From Candidatus Spongiisociaceae bacterium (GTDB lineage: Bacteria > Actinomycetota > Acidimicrobiia > Spongiisociales > Spongiisociaceae): a stretch of 64,000 bases of DNA. Each line of letters starts with the position of its first letter. Position 1 is the first letter of the stretch. A model generated the notes under the pieces. The model did no database searches. It saw only the letters and a program-made list of their open reading frames with translations, and was not told where the DNA came from. The stretch spans positions 4,640,001-4,704,000 of the forward strand of contig OZ253564.1 in assembly GCA_965262915.1 (NCBI GenBank), read 5' to 3'. Positions 58,402 through 64,000 of this stretch are shown one piece after another. Position numbers and translations under genes: made by a program.

Positions 58402-58484
58402 TGCCGGGAGGAGGATTCGAACCTCCGAAGGCATCTACCGGCAGATTTACAGTCTGCTCCCTTTGTCCGCTCGGGCATCCCGGC
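58402..58484 (-). tRNA. tRNA-Tyr(GTA)
   Basis: GCCGGGATGCCCGAGCGG...GCAGA-CTGTAAA-TCTGC with a long variable arm. Confidence 0.95.
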
Positions 58485-58562
58485 ACGGTTTGCTGCCACC
58501 GAGAAGCGTAGCGGGGGAATGCTAGTCGCTGCGAGCCCGAACCAAAACCCCTGGGCCGCCTC

Positions 58563-59417
58563 TCAGGTCCGGTAGTGCAGAGCCTCCAGCCGCCGGATCC
58601 TCTCCTCGATGGGGGGATGCGTCGAGAACAGGCGCCCGCCGCCACCACCCCTCCGACCGAATGCCTTGAGGGGATCCGCAATGAACAACTGGCTCACCGC
58701 CGGGTTCACCTGCATGGGGATACGCCCGCTCGCCGTGCCGATCTTGTCCAGGGCCCGGGCCAGGCTGAGCGGCTGTCCGGTCACCTCCGCCCCGGAGGCA
58801 TCGGCCTGGTACTCCCGAGCCCGGGAGATAGCCATCTTGATGATCATTCCCGCGATCGGGGCCAGGATGAATGCCGCGAGGGTGATCACCAGACCCGCAG
58901 GGTTGTTCCGGTCCCGCCCCCCTCCGAACCACAGAGCAATCCGGCTGAAGATGGTCAGCGCCGCGGCCAGCATGGCGGCTATCGACGAGATCAGTATGTC
59001 GCGGTTGCGAACATGGGACAGTTCGTGGGCCAGCACGCCCTCAAGTTCGTCGTCCCTCATGATCTGGAGGATTCCTGTGGTCACGGCCACGGCTGCGTGC
59101 TTGGGGTTGCGTCCGGTCGCGAAGGCGTTGGGCTGGGGGGACTCGATCAGGTGGATCGACGGCATCGGCATGTCCGAGGCTGCGGCCAGGCGACGGATCA
59201 TGCCGTAAACCTTGGGGAGTTCCTGCTCGGTGACAGGACGGGCCCGGCTCATCGACAGCGCCAGCTTGGCGGAGAAGAAGTAGGCGGCGAAGTTCAGTCC
59301 CGCCGCCAAGAGCAGGCCGATAACCATGCCCTGGGAGCCGCCGAACAGCACCAGGCCCAGCCACCACACGAGGGCGCTCATGAAGCTGAGCAGGGCAACC
59401 GTCTTGAGGTTGTTCAT
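58563..59417 (-). CDS. htpX: Zinc metalloprotease HtpX
   Basis: PNAFATGRNP, AHELSH, SRAREYQAD and FSTHPP. Confidence 0.96.
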   Translation of the reverse strand: MNNLKTVALLSFMSALVWWLGLVLFGGSQGMVIGLLLAAGLNFAAYFFSAKLALSMSRARPVTEQELPKVYGMIRRLAAASDMPMPSIHLIESPQPNAFATGRNPKHAAVAVTTGILQIMRDDELEGVLAHELSHVRNRDILISSIAAMLAAALTIFSRIALWFGGGRDRNNPAGLVITLAAFILAPIAGMIIKMAISRAREYQADASGAEVTGQPLSLARALDKIGTASGRIPMQVNPAVSQLFIADPLKAFGRRGGGGGRLFSTHPPIEERIRRLEALHYRT

Positions 59418-59466
59418 CACCCCCGATTCTACAGCTTCCTGACCCTTGCTTCTTCCACCTCGCGGA

Positions 59467-59550
59467 TGCGGAATAGAGATAGCGAAGGATGCGAAAAAAC
59501 GGTAACCGAAGGTGCGGAATAGAGATAGCGAAGGATGCGAAAAAACGGTA
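59467..59550 (+). repeat. Exact 38-bp direct repeat x2 (period 46 bp, internal ~23-bp sub-period)
   Basis: TGCGGAATAGAGATAGCGAAGGATGCGAAAAAACGGTA at 59467-59504 and 59513-59550. Confidence 0.92.
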
Positions 59551-59560
59551 TTGTCCCCTT

Positions 59561-60802
59561 GTGATCCAGTACCATCCCCGATTCGTCGATACGATCATCG
59601 AGGAATTGCACGCCGATCTTCCTGCGTTGATGCTGGTCGGGCCCAGAGCCACAGGCAAGACCACAACCGCATCCCGGCACGCCGCCACGGTTGTTCGGCT
59701 CGACCGTCATGCCGAGTCGGCGGCCTTCCGGGCCGATCCTGATTCGGCGCTGCGCAACCTTGCAGAGCCGTTACTCCTCGATGAATGGCAGGCGGTCCCC
59801 GCCGTGCTGGGAGCAGTCAAGCGGGCAGTGGACTCCCATAGCCGACCCGGTAGGTTTCTGCTCACCGGATCCGTCCGTGCCCACCTCGAAGAAGAGACCT
59901 GGGCCGGCACAGGCCGCGTCGTGCGCCTCGCCATGTATACCCTCAACGTCGCCGAACAACTGGGACGCACGCCCCGCCGGACCCTCACGAAGCGGATCAC
60001 CACCCCCGAGGACCTCATCGCCGCCGACGACACCCCCGACTTACGCGGCTACATCGAACTCGCTCTCCGCGGAGGATTCCCCGAAGCAACCCTCGACACC
60101 GGCGACAGGGCGCGACCCTACTGGCTCGCAGGCTACGTCGAAGAAGTCGTCACCCGAGACGCTCTTACGCTCGCACCGGCTAGAGATCCCGTCCGTTTGG
60201 GCCGCTACCTGGAAGCCTACGCCCTCAACTCCGCCGGGCTCGCCCACAGCAAAACCCTCTACGACGCCGCCGGCATCAACCGCAAGACAGCCCTCGCCTA
60301 CGACCGACTCCTTCAGAACCTCTTCATCATCGACGAACTCCCCTCGTGGTCATCGAACCGGCTCAAACGGCTCGCCCGGTCCCCCAAGCGTTACCTGATC
60401 GACCCCTCACTACTGGTCGGGATCCTGGGAATCGACGCCGCCGCGGTCATGCGCGACGGGGACCTCCTGGGCCGGGTCCTCGACACGTTCGTTACCTCCC
60501 AACTCCGCGCCGAATCCATCCTCGGCTCCGGCAGGACCGGCAGAACACGCCTATATCACCTACGCCACGACCAAGGCCGCCACGAAATCGACCTGATCAT
60601 CGAGCTCCAAGGCCAATACGTCATCGGTATCGAGATCAAGGCCACCGCCGCGCCTGACACCCACGACGCCCGCCACCTCGCCTGGCTCCGCGACCAGATA
60701 GGCAACCGCTTCATAGCCGGGGTGGTCCTCCACACGGGACCCTCCACCTACTCCCTCGGCAACCGTATCACCGCCGCCCCCATCTCCGCTCTCTGGGCGT
60801 GA
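59561..60802 (+). CDS. AAA_14 ATPase with DUF4143 (PD-(D/E)XK-like) C-terminal domain
   Basis: GPRATGKTT, LLDEWQ, FLLTGS, GGFP, SPKRYLIDP and HEIDLI...GIEIKA; GTG start assumed. Confidence 0.9.
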   Translation: MIQYHPRFVDTIIEELHADLPALMLVGPRATGKTTTASRHAATVVRLDRHAESAAFRADPDSALRNLAEPLLLDEWQAVPAVLGAVKRAVDSHSRPGRFLLTGSVRAHLEEETWAGTGRVVRLAMYTLNVAEQLGRTPRRTLTKRITTPEDLIAADDTPDLRGYIELALRGGFPEATLDTGDRARPYWLAGYVEEVVTRDALTLAPARDPVRLGRYLEAYALNSAGLAHSKTLYDAAGINRKTALAYDRLLQNLFIIDELPSWSSNRLKRLARSPKRYLIDPSLLVGILGIDAAAVMRDGDLLGRVLDTFVTSQLRAESILGSGRTGRTRLYHLRHDQGRHEIDLIIELQGQYVIGIEIKATAAPDTHDARHLAWLRDQIGNRFIAGVVLHTGPSTYSLGNRITAAPISALWA

Positions 60803-61004
60803 AGGTCATCCGAGATCCGGGCGGGACGGGGTGGCTCCAGGACTGGATCGTGGAATCCGCCCCGATGATCGGGGTAGCCAACCTACGGCTACGCCGGGTC
60901 TCCATGGTTAATGAACAGCTTTTTTGATTGTCACTCAATCTTACCTATTACTAAATAGTATTAGAGAAACCAGGTATTGGTAGCGAGATCCGTCAACGTC
61001 CGGT

Positions 61005-62075
61005 TCAGGCACGCACGTCCAATACCATGAAGTCGCCCAACCCGCGGGGGTGGAGGAGGGTCTCTATCTCCTTCACCTTGCTCCGCACCCGGAGACGCTC
61101 GATCGGGTCACCGGCGCGGGCCAGTTCGAGCTCCTCCCCGCGCAGCCGCCTCATACGGTCTTCGAGACCCAGTTCTGCCAGGAAGTCCTGCTGGCGGCGC
61201 AACTCGCACCGCATGCCCGCCTCTTCCGCTACCTGCAACAGCGCCGAGAAGTTGACATCAGCGGTCAGATCGGTGCTGCCCGGTTCGTCCAGCGGGTGCG
61301 GGCCCAGGTGATGGGACCGGTAGGTACGCAAGGTTCCCTCTCGGCGGCGCGGCAACAACCCCTCGGAGGTGTCTCCGTAGTCGATCACCAGGATGGATCC
61401 GGCCTCGAGCCGTCCGATCACCTGGTCGAGCCACTCCGCCGCCTCGAGTTGGCACTCCACCACCCCGCCCTCGGGAGTGTCTCCTGCGTGCGCGTCCAGC
61501 CATGCCAGTACCTGCGGGCGGACCGGGGCCTCGACCAGCACCAGCCCGGCGCCGTCCACCCCCACCCAACGCTCCGTCCAGCCGTCCGCATCCTGTACCG
61601 CTACCGCCATGGGGAGGTTGTCCACCAACTCGTTGGCGATCACCACCCCCCGAAACCGGCCCGGTAGCCGCCCACGAGGTGCCAACTCGACCCGGGGCAG
61701 GCGGATCCCGATGGCTTCCCGAGCAGCCAGCGAAGCCTCCACCGCCACCGCCCGGGGAGCGAAGGGGAGCGCGCCCAGCAAGGCCTCCAGGAGGGAACCC
61801 GATCCGGCCCCCACATCCACCACCACGAAGTCGGGAGGGCCCCCGATACGGTGATATTCGCGCTCCACGTGGAGGGCCAGAGCGGCGCCGAACTCCGGAC
61901 TCACCTCGGGGCTGGTGAGGAAGTCGCCCCCCTCGTGCGAACGCAGCGGGCCGCCGGTGAAGTAACCGCCGCCGGGATCGTAGAGCGCTAGCTCCATGAA
62001 CCGTTCGAACGGGATCGGGCCCCTCCGGGCTATCTCGGCGGAGATGCCTTCCTTCAACGGCCTGACGCCGGGCAC
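61005..62075 (-). CDS. SAM-dependent methyltransferase, MidA/NDUFAF7 family
   Basis: FERFMELALY...GDFLTSPEVS, DVGAGSG, ANELVDNLP, IDYG and DLTADVNF; start uncertain. Confidence 0.9.
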   Translation of the reverse strand: MPGVRPLKEGISAEIARRGPIPFERFMELALYDPGGGYFTGGPLRSHEGGDFLTSPEVSPEFGAALALHVEREYHRIGGPPDFVVVDVGAGSGSLLEALLGALPFAPRAVAVEASLAAREAIGIRLPRVELAPRGRLPGRFRGVVIANELVDNLPMAVAVQDADGWTERWVGVDGAGLVLVEAPVRPQVLAWLDAHAGDTPEGGVVECQLEAAEWLDQVIGRLEAGSILVIDYGDTSEGLLPRRREGTLRTYRSHHLGPHPLDEPGSTDLTADVNFSALLQVAEEAGMRCELRRQQDFLAELGLEDRMRRLRGEELELARAGDPIERLRVRSKVKEIETLLHPRGLGDFMVLDVRA

Positions 62076-62101
62076 CGGCCAATCAGCGGGTGGCCGGTCA
62101 C

Positions 62102-62926
62102 CTACAACCTCGGGAGCAGCGCATCGAACAGCGCCCGGAACCGCTCGGAGGCCTGCGCGGCACACTCGATGACCTCCTCCGACGTGATCTTCCTACCGGC
62201 GAGGCCCGCCGCACGGTTGGTGCAGAGGGAGACTGCCAGCACGTCGGCGCCCATGTGACGGGCGGCGGTGGCTTCGGGGACGGTCGACATACCGACCAGC
62301 GAGGCGCCGAGCGCCATCGCCATCCTGATCTCGGCCGGGGTCTCGAACATGGGACCGTGCCACCACATGTAGACACCCTCCCCCAGGTTCACACCCACCT
62401 CGGCCCCGGCGGCCCGAGCCTTCCGGCGCAGATCCGGGGTGTAGACATCGGTCATGTCAGGGAACCGGGGGCCGAGCCGCTCGTCGTTGTCGCCTCGCAG
62501 CGGGCTGACGCCGGCCATGTTGATGTGGTCGGTGATCAGCACCAGATCTCCCGGCTCGATCCCCGCGCCGCACCCTCCCGCCGCGTTCGTGAGCACCACG
62601 GTCCGGCATCCGGCCATGACCGCCGTCCGCACGGGAAAGGTGATCACCTCGGCCGGATAGCCCTCGTAGGCATGGACCCGACCCGCGAGCAGCAACACCC
62701 GGTTGCCGCCCCGCTGCACCGAGTAGGCGGTCCCGGCGTGGCCTACCGCCTGCGGGATGGGGAACCCCGGCAGATCGGTGTAGGACACCGCTACGGCGTC
62801 ATCGAACGTGTCGGGGTAGCCGCCCAGGCCGGAGCCCAGCACCACCACCACGTCGTGCCGGTCACGGCCGGTAAGTCGAGCGATGGTCCCGGCGGCCTGG
62901 GTGAGGCGTTCGTAGAGACCGCTCAT
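62102..62926 (-). CDS. punA: Purine-nucleoside phosphorylase (trimeric type)
   Basis: VLGSGLG, GRVHAYEG, TNAAG, GPMFETPAE and VGMSTVPE. Confidence 0.95.
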   Translation of the reverse strand: MSGLYERLTQAAGTIARLTGRDRHDVVVVLGSGLGGYPDTFDDAVAVSYTDLPGFPIPQAVGHAGTAYSVQRGGNRVLLLAGRVHAYEGYPAEVITFPVRTAVMAGCRTVVLTNAAGGCGAGIEPGDLVLITDHINMAGVSPLRGDNDERLGPRFPDMTDVYTPDLRRKARAAGAEVGVNLGEGVYMWWHGPMFETPAEIRMAMALGASLVGMSTVPEATAARHMGADVLAVSLCTNRAAGLAGRKITSEEVIECAAQASERFRALFDALLPRL

Positions 62927-62959
62927 AGGTACATCACCTCCATCATCCAGACGTGGACC

Positions 62960-63682
62960 TCAGCCATCGATAAGGGCGTCGAGGCCGACTCCTATCATCA
63001 CCTCCACCGCTTCGTAGACCACCGTGCGGTGGGGATCGTAGCCCTTCTCACGGTGCATAGGGTTGCCGTCTGCTACCAGCACCGCCCCGGTCTCCACCGA
63101 GTTGAGAGCGCCGTTCACGAAAAGGGCCGCGCACTCCATCTCGACAGCCACCGCCCCGGCCCGGTGCCAGAACTCGATGTCTCCGCCGAGCACATCACCC
63201 GGATAGAACAGCGAGTGGGTGAGTACCAGCCCCTCGTGCGCCGGCCGACCCGCAGCGGCGACCGCTCGCCGCAGAGCCATCGTCACGTCCACCGAGGCAG
63301 CCGCAGGAAACGACGGTGGTACCATCGCATTGGTCACCCCATCCTCCCTGATGGCCCCCGTCACGATGACCAGGTCTCCGTCCTCGACCTCCACCTTGAG
63401 CCCACCGCAGGTACCGGTCCGGATGATCCGCTTCGCGCCGGCCCGGCTCAGTTCCTCGAAGGAGACCGCCGCGCCCGGGGCCCCCACTCCGTGTGACGAG
63501 ACCGCCACGTCCACACCGCGATGCTTGCCACCGTACGTGACATACTCGCGGTACCGGCCCAGGAGACGGGTCCCGTCCAGCTTGGTCGCTGCTATCTCGG
63601 CCCTTGCCGGGTCCCCCATCACCAGCACCCGTTCGGCCAGTTCGTCCGGATCTACCCTCAGGATCGGGGTTATTTCCGCCAC
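62960..63682 (-). CDS. Nucleoside phosphorylase (uridine phosphorylase/hexameric PNP family)
   Basis: GDPARA, REYVTY, SHGVGAPGA, RTGTCG and VEME. Confidence 0.9.
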   Translation of the reverse strand: MAEITPILRVDPDELAERVLVMGDPARAEIAATKLDGTRLLGRYREYVTYGGKHRGVDVAVSSHGVGAPGAAVSFEELSRAGAKRIIRTGTCGGLKVEVEDGDLVIVTGAIREDGVTNAMVPPSFPAAASVDVTMALRRAVAAAGRPAHEGLVLTHSLFYPGDVLGGDIEFWHRAGAVAVEMECAALFVNGALNSVETGAVLVADGNPMHREKGYDPHRTVVYEAVEVMIGVGLDALIDG

Positions 63683-64000
63683 CTCATCACCTCTCAGACA
63701 CTCTCGCCGCCACGATCGATGCACCCTCTGCGAGCATCGAAGAACTCTACTTGAGCACCACCATCACGGTCCTCCTCCGACTTCTACCGGGAAGGAGATC
63801 AGAGCACGGGACAGCTTGGTCCTTTACCTGGGGGATAGCCGCATCGAACTGCGGGTCGGTTGCGGCCACCGAGCGGGCGAACAACTCTGCGAACGAGACC
63901 TCCGCGGGTCCTGCACCCCCGACGCATCACACGGATCACGGGGACGCTCGTCTCGGGTGTGCTCATTTCCTCAAGAGCTTCCTCCGCAACGCCTCCAGAG

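Noticed and set aside
59467-59550. CRISPR array
   Set aside because: Only two 38-bp copies separated by 8 bp, no unique spacers and no cas genes in the window.
63690-64000. Gene or RNA at the right edge of the window
   Set aside because: No recognisable motif in any frame and too little context to call.

Overview
High-GC actinobacterial chromosome segment. Gene order and proteins look Acidimicrobiia-like; RCC1-repeat debris, several toxin-antitoxin (TA) and AAA/DUF4143 genes and many miniature inverted-repeat elements (MITEs) hint at a host-associated lineage, but this is inference only. Housekeeping content: tRNA-Asp/Phe, ltaE, purA, tetR-ppk1-sixA, dxs, an AapJQMP-type amino-acid ABC transporter, padR-nfeD-qmcA, menB, dnaK-grpE-dnaJ-hspR, metX-metY, dnaX-recR, dgt, manC, the tRNA(Tyr,Thr,Met)-tuf-rpmG-hadAB-ECF sigma-tRNA(Trp)-secE-nusG-rplKA-rplJL-rpoBC cluster, htpX and two nucleoside phosphorylases. 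Most interesting signals: (1) a sharply bounded strand-composition skew (T/G-rich on one strand) limited to sequences likely to be multicopy: tuf, an IS1182 remnant and an AAA/DUF4143 gene; (2) a hidden selenoprotein (GrdB/PrdB-like, UPVC motif) with a SECIS-like hairpin, split in two by the ORF track; (3) two families of non-autonomous MITEs, one repeatedly sitting on TAG stop codons and one inserted in translation/regulatory leaders; (4) tandem operator-like arrays and dispersed heptamer repeats. All calls were made by eye without database searches, and start codons are best guesses.
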